Source: an uncultured Pseudomonadales bacterium
GTDB lineage: Bacteria; Patescibacteriota; Microgenomatia; UBA1400; PJMF01
Assembly (NCBI GenBank): GCA_964521215.1
Contig: CAZFRD010000003.1
Coordinates: 425-64,424, forward strand
Direction of reading: 5' to 3'
DNA: 64,000 nucleotides
Shown in pieces: positions 52,300 to 61,808 of this stretch (positions are counted from its first letter, which is position 1; every line of letters starts with the position of its first letter). Below the pieces are notes generated by a model. The model had not been told where the DNA came from, made no database searches, and saw only the letters and a list, made by a program, of their open reading frames with translations. The position numbers and the translations under genes are program-made.

Positions 52300-52786
52300 C
52301 CACCCAACAGTATCGGTAAAAAGAATACTTATTGGCGTACTTATTGGATCATTCTTTCTAATCTCTGCAGTTGTGATGTCTTTGTTTTACATCAAGTATG
52401 GTGACAATTCGCCAGAAATTATCAGTGAGTTTGCTAAATTCTCAACTGATTCACTGATTAACCAACTGTTATTATCTATTAACTGCAGGGGTGAAAATCA
52501 AAAAATTACTTATGTAGGATACCCCAAAGAAGCGTATTGCTATGCAACATACTCCGATGGTGGCGAAGTTTGCTCTGACGGTAACCAGTGCGATTCTGGC
52601 ATTTGCATACTTTCTTACGAAGATGATCGAGCCCTGCGTTTCAGTAAACTGACTAATGACTCTTTAACTGGTACTTGTCTGGCTTCAAGACAACGAGAGA
52701 AAGTAAACCTTCCATATAGTGGATGTCCAATGATGTCAATAAACGATGGGAAGGTTGGGGAATTTTCACTTTGTGCGAATAATTGA
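52286..52786 (+). CDS. membrane-anchored Cys-rich hypothetical protein
   Basis: N-terminal TM segment and eight Cys in the extracellular part. Overlaps the gyrA end. Confidence 0.4.
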   Translation: MKTNNHPTVSVKRILIGVLIGSFFLISAVVMSLFYIKYGDNSPEIISEFAKFSTDSLINQLLLSINCRGENQKITYVGYPKEAYCYATYSDGGEVCSDGNQCDSGICILSYEDDRALRFSKLTNDSLTGTCLASRQREKVNLPYSGCPMMSINDGKVGEFSLCANN

Positions 52787-52796
52787 GAATGTTGCT

Positions 52797-52873
52797 TGGT
52801 GGACCGAAGGGGGCTCGAACCCCTGACCTCCTGCATGCCATGCAGGCGCTCTAGCCAACTGAGCTACCGGCCC
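52797..52873 (-). tRNA. tRNA-Ala (GGC)
   Basis: Reverse complement reads GGGCCGG-TAGCTCAGTTGGCTAGAGC-G-CCTGC-ATGGCAT-GCAGG-AGGTC-AGGGG-TTCGAGC-CCCCT-TCGGTCC-A-CCA. The G3:U70 wobble is the Ala identity pair. Confidence 0.85.
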
Positions 52874-53120
52874 GTGTTCCAAGACGGATAGTATATCATT
52901 TATCTCGACTGGTTAAACAAGATTTCAATAATAAATTTGTCTATCCGCTTTGTTATACTGATAACCCCTAAGATATAGTCTTCTAATCAACTTAACTGAG
53001 TTAAACCTAGTGGGAGAGAGTAGTTTTACTATCTTTTTTGTTTGATACAGCAATATTTTTTACAAAATTAGCAAATTAGCAGAGTAGGGGAGTGACTGCT
53101 AATTTCACCAATCTAGAGTA

Positions 53121-54059
53121 CTACTTAAAATCTGAGTGAAATTTGTGATGAGCCTGCTTGAGCTGTGGTCTGGTGACGTGCGTGTAAATTTGTGTCGTAC
53201 CAATATCTTTGTGACCCAACATTTCTTGAACATCACGGAGTGAAGCGCCATTACTCAACAAATCCGTGGCAAATGAATGACGAATACCGTGGGGGGAGAC
53301 TCTAATAGGCAAACGGGCTTTACGACAGTAGGTATCCACCAGGCGCTGAACACTCCGTGCCGTCAAGCGCATCTCTTCTCCGTCGGAAAGAATATCTGGT
53401 TGTTTGCCAGAAAAACGAATAAACACCGGGTCCCAATTATCTCGACGAGTGTTCAGCCAACGCTCCAACCAGCTCTTGGCTCGATCACTCAAGAACACCA
53501 CACGTGGACGCCTTCCCTTACCAATCACCCCAAACTCTTGAGAGGTCATGTTGACTTGATCACGATTGAGGTTGACCAACTCACTTACCCGCAAACCAGT
53601 AGAAAACAGCACTTCCAGTAACGCCTTATCTCTCAAGCCCGATTGTGAGGATAAATCTGGTTGTCCGAGCAAGCGCTCGATACTTTCTATTGGCAAGAAC
53701 TTCATTAGACGAGCTTCTGCCTTGGGTAAATCAATTTTTTCTGGCTGAATCACTGGTACGTCGTTTTTTACCAACCATTTCAGCCAGGATCGTAAACCGA
53801 TGACATAGTAACTTTGAGTCCGTTTCGAGAGGGTTTCGCCTTCATCATCTTCATATCTTGCTAGATAAATGCGATACTTTCTAATAACTTCCTTATCTAT
53901 TTGTCTCACATCGTCAATTTCTAGATCTTTTAGCCAAGTACAAAATCGTCGTAAATATAATGAATAATTGCGAATGGTCAGTCGACTCACGTTGCGTTCA
54001 ATTTCTAAATGTTCTAAATATTGGGTTAAAAGTAAAAATGGTTCAGTCGGAAATGCCAT
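53121..54059 (-). CDS. tyrosine-type site-specific recombinase/integrase (XerC/XerD/phage-integrase family)
   Basis: N-terminal SAM-like domain. Catalytic region HGIRHSFATDLL...LGHKDIGTTQIYTHV with R, H-x-x-R and Y. Confidence 0.85.
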   Translation of the reverse strand: MAFPTEPFLLLTQYLEHLEIERNVSRLTIRNYSLYLRRFCTWLKDLEIDDVRQIDKEVIRKYRIYLARYEDDEGETLSKRTQSYYVIGLRSWLKWLVKNDVPVIQPEKIDLPKAEARLMKFLPIESIERLLGQPDLSSQSGLRDKALLEVLFSTGLRVSELVNLNRDQVNMTSQEFGVIGKGRRPRVVFLSDRAKSWLERWLNTRRDNWDPVFIRFSGKQPDILSDGEEMRLTARSVQRLVDTYCRKARLPIRVSPHGIRHSFATDLLSNGASLRDVQEMLGHKDIGTTQIYTHVTRPQLKQAHHKFHSDFK

Positions 54060-54225
54060 GCTTGAATTACTATATCAGAAATCAGCAACCGGCTTCTAGC
54101 AACGGTTAATTTTGTTTTAGCTTGTCTTATCAACTTATTACCGTTCTCTACATGGTGGATAGGTTCTCTATTGCCCCAAAATCGGCTTTTTACTAGTGTG
54201 GATGACCAGTTAATCATTGTATTTT

Positions 54226-54310
54226 GGGTGTCATGCTGAGCCTGTCGAAGCATGAATAGCCAAACTCAGCATGACACCCAAATTCAGAGTGACATCAGCA
54301 TGACACCAGC
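54226..54310. repeat. composite palindromic repeat (unit + inverse half + partial unit)
   Basis: GGGTGTCATGCTGAGCCTGTCGAAGCATGA-atagccaaa-CTCAGCATGACACCC. Outer 15-bp perfect inverted repeat. Followed by agagtgacatcagcatgacacc. Confidence 0.7.
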
Positions 54311-54344
54311 CCAGCCTCTGATTGTATATCTGGTTGTACCTCAA

Positions 54345-54380
54345 GTTGTCACACTGAACCTGTCGAAGTGTGACAACGAG
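54345..54380. repeat. palindromic repeat unit
   Basis: aGTTGTCACACTGAACCTGTCGAAGTGTGACAACgag, a 10-bp perfect inverted repeat. Confidence 0.7.
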
Positions 54381-54440
54381 CATAGAGACAGGCGAGCAAT
54401 GTCTGCCTTAGTGAACTCAAAGTAGCGCCTGGATGAACTA

Positions 54441-54474
54441 AATGTCATGCTGAATTTATCGAAGCAGACATTAC
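54441..54474. repeat. degenerate palindromic repeat unit
   Basis: aaTGTCATGCTGAATTTATCGAAGCAGACAttac. Confidence 0.5.
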
Positions 54475-54806
54475 TAAAGCCAACCATATTTTTTTAGATA
54501 CAATGTCGTAAAAGTAATATTGTGCGACATAATAGATTTGTGAAGATTGACCAATTGTGGTGGGGGAAGTAGTCCCCCTCTAACTTGCTTAAACAAGAAA
54601 TTATTTGTTTGCTTAAATTCATCTCTGATGCTAGTTAAACCCCACCCCAAGGGTACCTTCAAATATCGATAAAAAGATGATCTTCGTATGGTCTCCAGTA
54701 TGGGTTCGGGTTATTTATTCCCGCATCACTACCACACAGCGATTTACACACACAATTTACTCGAGTTATAGTCTTATAATAATTAAGTTTTCCACATTCT
54801 ACTCAG

Positions 54807-54845
54807 TATCAAACTATATCAGTTTACGTATATCAAACTATATCA
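54807..54845. repeat. 15-nt perfect direct repeat x2 (TATCAAACTATATCA)
   Basis: Copies at 54807-54821 and 54831-54845 within the ORF-free AT-rich tract. Confidence 0.6.
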
Positions 54846-55090
54846 ACCTCCCCCGCCCCGCCTGGTTTATTCATTTATCTCCCCTACTTTATTGAAAAAT
54901 AATCATCATTTATTTGTATTTTCAGTTAATTTCGTCTTTTCTGGTTAATATTGCTCATCAAATATAAAACTTGATTTTGCTTTTTTAGATAAATAATTCA
55001 TTTTATTTAATTTAAACCAGATCATAACCACCCACTCTCTCCTACTCCTTTATTTTTAAAAGGATTGATGCATCAATCTAATAGCCCACT

Positions 55091-55858
55091 TTATTTACCT
55101 GGGAAAAGTAATAAGAATAGAATCAGAGAAACCACTGTCACTAGAGAATATTCTCGAATGGTTTTTAAAAATAGTCGACCTTTGAGATAACTTTGAAACA
55201 CACCTAAGCCGATGTACATGACAGACATGATTAGTAGACCGATCGCCCAGACGGCATAGGGAATAAATGAGAGGCCGATCGCCAACTCAAACACAGCCAG
55301 GGTAAGCAGTCCAGTTAAAATCCAGTCTGTCTGGTCGAAAGTATTTCTCAGTTGGACGCTCCAAATAGACATAGCAATCAGAGGCAAGTGAATCATGGCT
55401 ACCAATCCAGCTGCCACGACAAAAGGCAAATTAAGGGTAAAAATCGTATTAGTGACTAAGAACGAAATTAATAAGCTGAAAAACAAAGCAATTGTTTGAG
55501 CGGCATAAAGTAGTTGGATGGTTCTGCCTTTGGCCACGGAGAAGATATTGCCCGTTAGCAAAAGCGCATACATGCCAACCCCAAACAAAACCATGAAAAG
55601 CACTCTTTTGGGCGTACTAGCGGGCAAGACAAAATAAAAACTAGCGATAGCCAGCGCATACAGCGTGGGCAATGGCAAAATAGTGAAATATTCATTTTTT
55701 TGCAAATCTTCTGCCAATGCCCACGCTGACAATCCGTAGGTCAGCAGGCCAAAAGCGAAAAGCGACCAAATTCTCCAACCGGCAGGAATTAGCAACACTC
55801 CAAGTAAGGCAAACCCCAACACTAATGAGGTAATGATAAATTTTTCTCTCCGTCTCAT
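55091..55858 (-). CDS. polytopic membrane protein, hypothetical
   Basis: About 8 hydrophobic segments. Overlaps the yebC-like gene by 4 nt. Confidence 0.45.
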   Translation of the reverse strand: MRRREKFIITSLVLGFALLGVLLIPAGWRIWSLFAFGLLTYGLSAWALAEDLQKNEYFTILPLPTLYALAIASFYFVLPASTPKRVLFMVLFGVGMYALLLTGNIFSVAKGRTIQLLYAAQTIALFFSLLISFLVTNTIFTLNLPFVVAAGLVAMIHLPLIAMSIWSVQLRNTFDQTDWILTGLLTLAVFELAIGLSFIPYAVWAIGLLIMSVMYIGLGVFQSYLKGRLFLKTIREYSLVTVVSLILFLLLFPGK

Positions 55859-56421
55859 GGTTGTGACTCTAATTCTAATTTAGCTGAAGTATATACATCC
55901 TCAACATCCTCATGCTCCAACAAAGTCTCAATCAAGATCTGGACAGACCCAAGCTGATCTGGTGTTAGTTCTAATGGTAGAGTGGCTCGAAACTCCGCTC
56001 CATCAGTACGCTCAAATAAATGACGGGCTGATCCAGGTCCTGCAATCGCCCCACCGTGGCGGGAAAAAATAAACTTCATTTCCGAACTAGAACGATTGGG
56101 ATTATCGGTCACGGCTTGGACTAAGTAAGCCTCTCCAAATGGTCCAAACGCTTCGTAGAGTACTTCTTGGATCGCTGCGCCGGTGGCGGATTTGCCCAAA
56201 CCTTTATCGATCGCTTTTTGGATTTTTTCTCTGGGCATGTTTGCCAACCGAGCTTTGTCGAGAAACGTACGCAGAGTGGGGTTGAACTGGGGATCGCCCG
56301 ATCCCCCTTCCTTCACCGCTTTGCGAATGTGCTTAGCCAAATCACCGAAAACTTTACTTCTTTGGCTATCCACTGCGCCCTTGCGATTTTTGATATTATG
56401 CCATTTGCTATGTCCGGCCAT
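55855..56421 (-). CDS. YebC/PmpR family transcriptional regulator
   Basis: MAGHSKWHNIKNRKGAVDSQRSKVF N-terminus typical of YebC. Confidence 0.85.
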   Translation of the reverse strand: MAGHSKWHNIKNRKGAVDSQRSKVFGDLAKHIRKAVKEGGSGDPQFNPTLRTFLDKARLANMPREKIQKAIDKGLGKSATGAAIQEVLYEAFGPFGEAYLVQAVTDNPNRSSSEMKFIFSRHGGAIAGPGSARHLFERTDGAEFRATLPLELTPDQLGSVQILIETLLEHEDVEDVYTSAKLELESQP

Positions 56422-56543
56422 AAATCTTTCCTCTTGGTAGTATATCTACGAATTGTACACCATTCGGTAACTGTTGGTTGACATTTAGGACTATCGTCGG
56501 TATCCTCTGCAGAACGTTTTTAGTGTAAAAAAAGCGAAATTCT

Positions 56544-57275
56544 ATGTCTGCAGCAACCGGTTCACTGAAACAACTTGCCGTCTTAGCCGCCAAACAAGCC
56601 GACTGGCAAAAAGCCATCGACCTCAACCAAGCTATACTAGAAAAAGAACCCACGGACGTGGGAGCCTTCAATCGGCTTGGGGTTTCTTTTCTTCAGCTCA
56701 AACAAGTTGCCGATGCCAGAAAAGCTTTCAAGGCTGCAATTGCACTAGATAAATTCAATACCATTGCCAAAAAAAATCTGGAAAAATTAAAACAAAATGA
56801 TAACGCCAACCAAACTCTCACCTTCTCCAAACAGCAGTTTATTGAAGAATCGGGCAAAACAAAAGTCATTGAATTACACCGACTAGCAGGCAAACAAGTG
56901 CTTGAAGTGCTGTCGGTGGGCACTCAATGCCAATTCATCTGTAAAAAACGCTTTATCTCGATTGAAGCCAATGGCATCTATGTTGGCGCTCTGCCCGAAG
57001 ATATTTCTTTTAGATTAGCCAAATTAATTCAAAATGGTAATCAATATGAGTGCTACATTCGCTCTGTCTCGACTAGCACCTGTTCAGTTTATGTGCGTGA
57101 GGTGCTTCGTTCGGCGGCCAATCATGACGTGAGCTCCTTTCCCATCAACCGCAGTGCTCACTTTGCCACCGACGATCTGGACGAAGGAATGTTAAAGGAA
57201 GATATTGCGCTGGAGTATGCTGGTTTTGAATCGGAAGAAACCGAAGAGCCAGAAGAATCAATGGACTTAGAGTAA
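56544..57275 (+). CDS. TPR-repeat-containing hypothetical protein
   Basis: N-terminal TPR-like helices (WQKAIDLNQAILEKEP..AFNRLGVSFLQLKQVADARKAFKAAIALD) and a C-terminal acidic tail. Confidence 0.45.
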   Translation: MSAATGSLKQLAVLAAKQADWQKAIDLNQAILEKEPTDVGAFNRLGVSFLQLKQVADARKAFKAAIALDKFNTIAKKNLEKLKQNDNANQTLTFSKQQFIEESGKTKVIELHRLAGKQVLEVLSVGTQCQFICKKRFISIEANGIYVGALPEDISFRLAKLIQNGNQYECYIRSVSTSTCSVYVREVLRSAANHDVSSFPINRSAHFATDDLDEGMLKEDIALEYAGFESEETEEPEESMDLE

Positions 57276-58181
57276 ACTTGTTTGTAACTCTTCCACGGTG
57301 CTCTCGCCCAACTGAACTAAAACACCCACTCGATCACGTGAGTAAACCCCACTTGTGACTTCTGTGTTCACTAATCCAGGCAACGATTGGCTGAGCAGGT
57401 CTGCAACTGACTGACACTCTGCGGTTAATAGCTCATCGATAAAAATTGTCGTGGCCTCGGTTGCCAATTCTCGATTGGTGACCCGCACTACTAGCCCACC
57501 CTGTTTGGTGACCAGATCTGCATATTTCGTGGCAATGCCAGCAGTGTTAGTGGTGTTGGCAACCCCAATTGGACAAGCTTCACCCATGCTACCCAGCACA
57601 GCTAATTCTAAAGACGCTTCTTCGACTTGGTCAACAAGTACTAGATTCTTTGTTTGAAGTAACTTCCAAATCGGCAATAGTTGCCAAGCTTGGCGAAGCT
57701 GTTTTTCTCTGAGCTGTTGTAAAATATTCTTCTGAATGGCTTGTTTCGCTAGACGGTTGTTGGATAAATTCACGTTTCCCAAAGGAACTACTTGGTTCAC
57801 CAAAACTCCAGCCACACTCGCCACTTGCCATGGGTCATTTAACTCAAGATCTTGCTCAGTCAGTTCAACTAATGCCAGCTTGGAGTCCAATTGGTTGGAG
57901 TCTAAGAGGACTATGAGGATCGATTTCTTTATATCCGTTGAAGGCGAGTTGGTGAAGGCAATCACTCTTGATTGTGCAACATCTCCAGTCCAACTCAGTA
58001 AGAGATTCACTACAACTGTGAGAGTGATCCAGATTCCGACCAGGCACAAACTTAGCACCAAAAACAGTTTCCACCACCTTTTTTTTGGTTTCGCAGAACG
58101 AAGTCTGACAGTTTTTTTTCTTCGGGCTGGCATTAATTGTTGGTCTATTATTACAGGGATCAAGCCATTTGCAAAATCCAC
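57267..58181 (-). CDS. membrane-anchored hypothetical protein
   Basis: Basic N-terminus and one TM segment, then a 250-aa extracytoplasmic domain. Confidence 0.4.
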   Translation of the reverse strand: MDFANGLIPVIIDQQLMPARRKKTVRLRSAKPKKRWWKLFLVLSLCLVGIWITLTVVVNLLLSWTGDVAQSRVIAFTNSPSTDIKKSILIVLLDSNQLDSKLALVELTEQDLELNDPWQVASVAGVLVNQVVPLGNVNLSNNRLAKQAIQKNILQQLREKQLRQAWQLLPIWKLLQTKNLVLVDQVEEASLELAVLGSMGEACPIGVANTTNTAGIATKYADLVTKQGGLVVRVTNRELATEATTIFIDELLTAECQSVADLLSQSLPGLVNTEVTSGVYSRDRVGVLVQLGESTVEELQTSLL

Positions 58182-59356
58182 TCTCGCATCTGCTCCGCCA
58201 AGCGGATCATCACTCTCAAGTTGTGAATACTGGCTAATCGGTAGTAACTCAATTCCGATACGTTATAAAGATGATGTAAGTAACTGCGAGAATATCCAGA
58301 TGTGCAGGTGAAACAATCACAACCTGCTTGTAGCACCTGATTATCTTGGGCAAATCTTTTATTACTAATGGCCAGCCTACCTTTGGGATATTCCGAAGTA
58401 AATACCGGTTTATCCGTTGCGGCATCAAGCTGGCCAACAAACAAAGCGCCATTTCTAGCCAGGCGAGTGGGACCAACGCAGTCGAACATATCGAAGCCCA
58501 TGAGAATGGCCTCGATCACATCCTGTGGATCTCGGCCCATACCCATGGCATATCTCGGTTTTTCCTCTGGCAACAATGAGTTGATCGAGGCCATGACCTT
58601 CTGAGTGCCCGCCAAATCATAACCCACGGTTTCGCCACCTAAGGCATAACCATCAAAGCCGATTTCCAACAAAGATTTAACAGATTGCTCACGCAGAGCC
58701 AGACTAGTTGAACCTTGGATGATGCCAAATAAAGCCTGGTAGTCGCCGTAGACACTTTTTCTCTTAGCACTCTCCCACTCGCTCTTACACCGCTTAGCCC
58801 ACCGAGAGGTGCGGGCCACAGACTCAGCCATTTTCGTTTCCGAAATCGAGTCGGGCAAACACTCATCGAATGCCATGATAATATCCGCTCCCAATGATTG
58901 TTGAATTTGAATTGACTTCTCTGGGGTAATCAAGTGTTTTGAACCATCCAAATGAGAAACAAAGATGACCCCTTCTTCAGAAATTTTGACTGTGGAAGAC
59001 TGGCCTTTTGCCCGCTGCTGAGCTCCCAAAGAAAAAACTTGATAGCCACCAGAATCGGTCAACATGGGCCGTTCCCAACGCATAAGTGAGTGCAAACCAC
59101 CTGCCGACTCGACGACCGAGGTTCCAGGTTTTAGGTAAAGATGATATGTATTGCCCAAAATAATTTGAGCGCCTAACTGGAAAAGATCGGTGGAGTCTAA
59201 ACCCCTCACGGTGGCTCTGGTACCAACCGGCATGAAGATTGGCGTCTTGATTTGGCCATGAGGTGTGGTTATACTGCCCGCTCGGGCTTGACTTCGAGTT
59301 TTTTTGAGTCTGAAAGTAAATAAGTTAGACATAATATAATTCTGGTATCCTACCAT
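58160..59356 (-). CDS. tgt: queuine tRNA-ribosyltransferase
   Basis: PIFMPVGT and LGNTYHL motifs. Zn site CDCFTCTSGYSRSYLHHL. Confidence 0.9.
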   Translation of the reverse strand: MVGYQNYIMSNLFTFRLKKTRSQARAGSITTPHGQIKTPIFMPVGTRATVRGLDSTDLFQLGAQIILGNTYHLYLKPGTSVVESAGGLHSLMRWERPMLTDSGGYQVFSLGAQQRAKGQSSTVKISEEGVIFVSHLDGSKHLITPEKSIQIQQSLGADIIMAFDECLPDSISETKMAESVARTSRWAKRCKSEWESAKRKSVYGDYQALFGIIQGSTSLALREQSVKSLLEIGFDGYALGGETVGYDLAGTQKVMASINSLLPEEKPRYAMGMGRDPQDVIEAILMGFDMFDCVGPTRLARNGALFVGQLDAATDKPVFTSEYPKGRLAISNKRFAQDNQVLQAGCDCFTCTSGYSRSYLHHLYNVSELSYYRLASIHNLRVMIRLAEQMREWILQMA

Positions 59357-60425
59357 GCTCTCAGTCCAACAGTTTGACTATCCCCTACCTTCTCACTTAA
59401 TTGCTCATGCCCCACTTGAAAATCGTGCAACCAGTCGTCTGCTCGTGCTCAATCGAGCGACGCAAAAACTCACTCACTTACATTTTAGCGATCTCGCTTC
59501 GTTACTCAAGCCAGGAGATGTGCTCGTGCGCAACGAAACAAAGGTGTTTCCCGCTCGGCTTTATGGCCAACTTCAATCTGGAAAAAAAATTGAGGTCTTA
59601 TTGCTCAATCCCCTTGATGACACTGGCATCCTATGGCGATGCCTCACTAAACCGGGAATTACAGAAAATGAAATTTTAAACTTTAATTCTGAAATTACAG
59701 CAATTAATCATTCATCCAAGCAGAGTTATGTCAAGGAAATAGAATTTCTCTGTTCTAAAATCGAACTAAGAGCATATATTTCAAAAAATGGTCACACTCC
59801 TCTTCCTCCCTACATCACCAATCAATCAAGTGAGGATCTTTTGCGGAAGCAGTATCAAACTATGTATGCCAAACATGAGGGTTCCGTCGCAGCACCCACT
59901 GCCGGACTCCACTTTACCACCGAACTTGACCAGGCATTAACCCAGCGAGGAGTAGCGCTGGTCTCAATTACTTTGCACGTTGGATTGGGGACTTTTTCGC
60001 CACTCAAAGACCATTCTTTTGTCGATCAACAGTTGCACACCGAATGGTTTACGGTAAGCCCAGAGGCAGCTGAACAAATTAATCAAGCAAAAAAACAACA
60101 CAGGCGCATTATTGTGGTAGGAACTACCACGGCTCGAACACTGGAAAGTTGTACCAATTCCCAAGGTTACCTTGAGTCCAAATCTGGCGAAACCTCACTT
60201 TTTATTTTCCCCCCTTATAAATTCCAGAGTGTCGATGCGCTGATCACCAATTTTCACTTACCCAAATCAAGCTTACTGACTTTGGTTTCGGCTTTTGTCA
60301 GTGCGCCAAATACATCAGAAATGTTTACCTCATTTGGTGAAAGTCTGATTGGTAGATCATACCAAGTCGCAATCGCTGAAAATTATCGTTTTTATAGCTT
60401 TGGCGATGCGATGTTGATTATCTAA
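59355..60425 (+). CDS. queA: S-adenosylmethionine:tRNA ribosyltransferase-isomerase
   Basis: FDYPLPSHLIAHAPLENRATSRLLVL N-terminus. Sits adjacent to tgt. Confidence 0.9.
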   Translation: MLSVQQFDYPLPSHLIAHAPLENRATSRLLVLNRATQKLTHLHFSDLASLLKPGDVLVRNETKVFPARLYGQLQSGKKIEVLLLNPLDDTGILWRCLTKPGITENEILNFNSEITAINHSSKQSYVKEIEFLCSKIELRAYISKNGHTPLPPYITNQSSEDLLRKQYQTMYAKHEGSVAAPTAGLHFTTELDQALTQRGVALVSITLHVGLGTFSPLKDHSFVDQQLHTEWFTVSPEAAEQINQAKKQHRRIIVVGTTTARTLESCTNSQGYLESKSGETSLFIFPPYKFQSVDALITNFHLPKSSLLTLVSAFVSAPNTSEMFTSFGESLIGRSYQVAIAENYRFYSFGDAMLII

Positions 60426-60880
60426 GCACCCAATTCGTAACGAACAAAGCGACTAACAGCAATTTTCTCACCAATTTTGCCACTCAGTTCTTTGACTAAG
60501 TAACCAATAGTAGTAGCTCCGTCGCGAATGTATTCTTGTTCCAGTAAGTCGTCCACATTTTCTGGTTTCATCGCCACCACTTGCATGGCAATGTTTTTGC
60601 CTAGCGCTTGGAATTCGGAATTGATGGCAACAAAATCAGTTTCGCAAACTAGTTCCACCAAGGCGGCTATGCCGCCAGTCGCATGGACGTAGGAGAAAAT
60701 GGCACCAGCCTTTGTTTCCCGATCTGATTTTTTTTCGGCACGAGCCAGTCCTCTTTCTTTGACGATGGACATGGCTTTTTGATAGTCACCCTCAGCTTCG
60801 GTCAAGGCTCGTTTGCAATCGAGCACGCCAGCTCCGGTTTCTTCACGTAATTTTTTAATATCCATTGCACTAATGGGCAT
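60422..60880 (-). CDS. tsf: elongation factor Ts (short form)
   Basis: IKKLREETGAGVLDCKRAL UBA-like N-terminus. Downstream of rpsB. Confidence 0.75.
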   Translation of the reverse strand: MPISAMDIKKLREETGAGVLDCKRALTEAEGDYQKAMSIVKERGLARAEKKSDRETKAGAIFSYVHATGGIAALVELVCETDFVAINSEFQALGKNIAMQVVAMKPENVDDLLEQEYIRDGATTIGYLVKELSGKIGEKIAVSRFVRYELGA

Positions 60881-60882
60881 AT

Positions 60883-61761
60883 TTACTCCTTTTTAGCTTT
60901 GCTTGTTTTCTTCGCTTTAACCGGTTTTACTACTTTGGCCGATTTAGTAGGTTTTTTTACTACTTTTACCTCTGTTTCGGCCACTACTTTCTCCGTAGTC
61001 GATTGCTCAACTGGTTTAATAACCGCACTCGCTTTTTTGGGCTCAACATCACCAGCTTTTCCTGCTAAGTAAGCCCGAGACATTTGCTGTAAAAAGCATT
61101 CAATACTTTTGATTGCATCGTCGTTGCCTGGTACTGCGATGTCAACGAGGTCTGGATTCGTATTGGTATCAACCAAAGCAATCACTGGTACGCTAACTTT
61201 GCTGGCCTCGGCGACGACAATTTTTTCTTTACCTGGGTCGATAATGATGATGGCGGCGGGAAGGTCAGTCAAGGTCCGGATGCCATCAAAGAATCTTTTG
61301 GCTCGAGCCACTTCTTTCTCGATTTTGACTAATTCGTACTTAGTTCTGCCTTTCAAACTGCCTTCGGCGAGTTTGGTTTCTGTATCTACCATGTCTTTGA
61401 GTGATTTTTTGACCTGAGACCAGTTGGTCATCAGTCCACCTAGCCAACGGGAAGTGATGTGGAGCATGCCAGCGGTTTCGGCAGCCTGTTTTACCAATTC
61501 ACGCGCTTGGCGTTTGGTTCCCACCACGATCACAGTTTTTTTCTGAGTTCCCAGTTGATAAAGCAGGTTGTAAGCCAAGCGCATCTGTTGAGCGGTTTTG
61601 GCCAAATCAATCAGGTGAACACCATTTTTCTCGCTGTGAATATACTGACTCATTCTTGGTTGCCACTTACTTTTGTGGTGACCGTAATGCATACCAGCAC
61701 CAAATAGTTCTTGCAGATCAAAATCTGGCGCTTTATCAGGAAGTGAGGTAACGTCTAACAT
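60883..61761 (-). CDS. rpsB: 30S ribosomal protein S2 with Lys-rich C-terminal tail
   Basis: MLEAGVHFGHQTRRWNPKM-like start (LFGAGMHYGHHKSKWQPRM) and the S2 core. C-terminal KKPTKSAKVVKPVKAKKTSKAKKE. Confidence 0.9.
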   Translation of the reverse strand: MLDVTSLPDKAPDFDLQELFGAGMHYGHHKSKWQPRMSQYIHSEKNGVHLIDLAKTAQQMRLAYNLLYQLGTQKKTVIVVGTKRQARELVKQAAETAGMLHITSRWLGGLMTNWSQVKKSLKDMVDTETKLAEGSLKGRTKYELVKIEKEVARAKRFFDGIRTLTDLPAAIIIIDPGKEKIVVAEASKVSVPVIALVDTNTNPDLVDIAVPGNDDAIKSIECFLQQMSRAYLAGKAGDVEPKKASAVIKPVEQSTTEKVVAETEVKVVKKPTKSAKVVKPVKAKKTSKAKKE

Positions 61762-61808
61762 ATTGTTGTCCTTCTTTCTAGCCGAATTTTTTCAGCTAAG
61801 AGGTTGAT

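Noticed and set aside
52797-54059. Classical tRNA-integrated prophage or integrative element
   Set aside because: The integrase lies on the 5' side of tRNA-Ala. No duplicated tRNA 3' segment (att) is found. Flanking genes are housekeeping (gyrA, yebC).
54060-55090. Chromosomal origin of replication (oriC)
   Set aside because: Only two weak DnaA-box-like 9-mers (7-8 of 9) are present. dnaA and dnaN are absent from the window, and gyrB is preceded here by holB and pilus genes.
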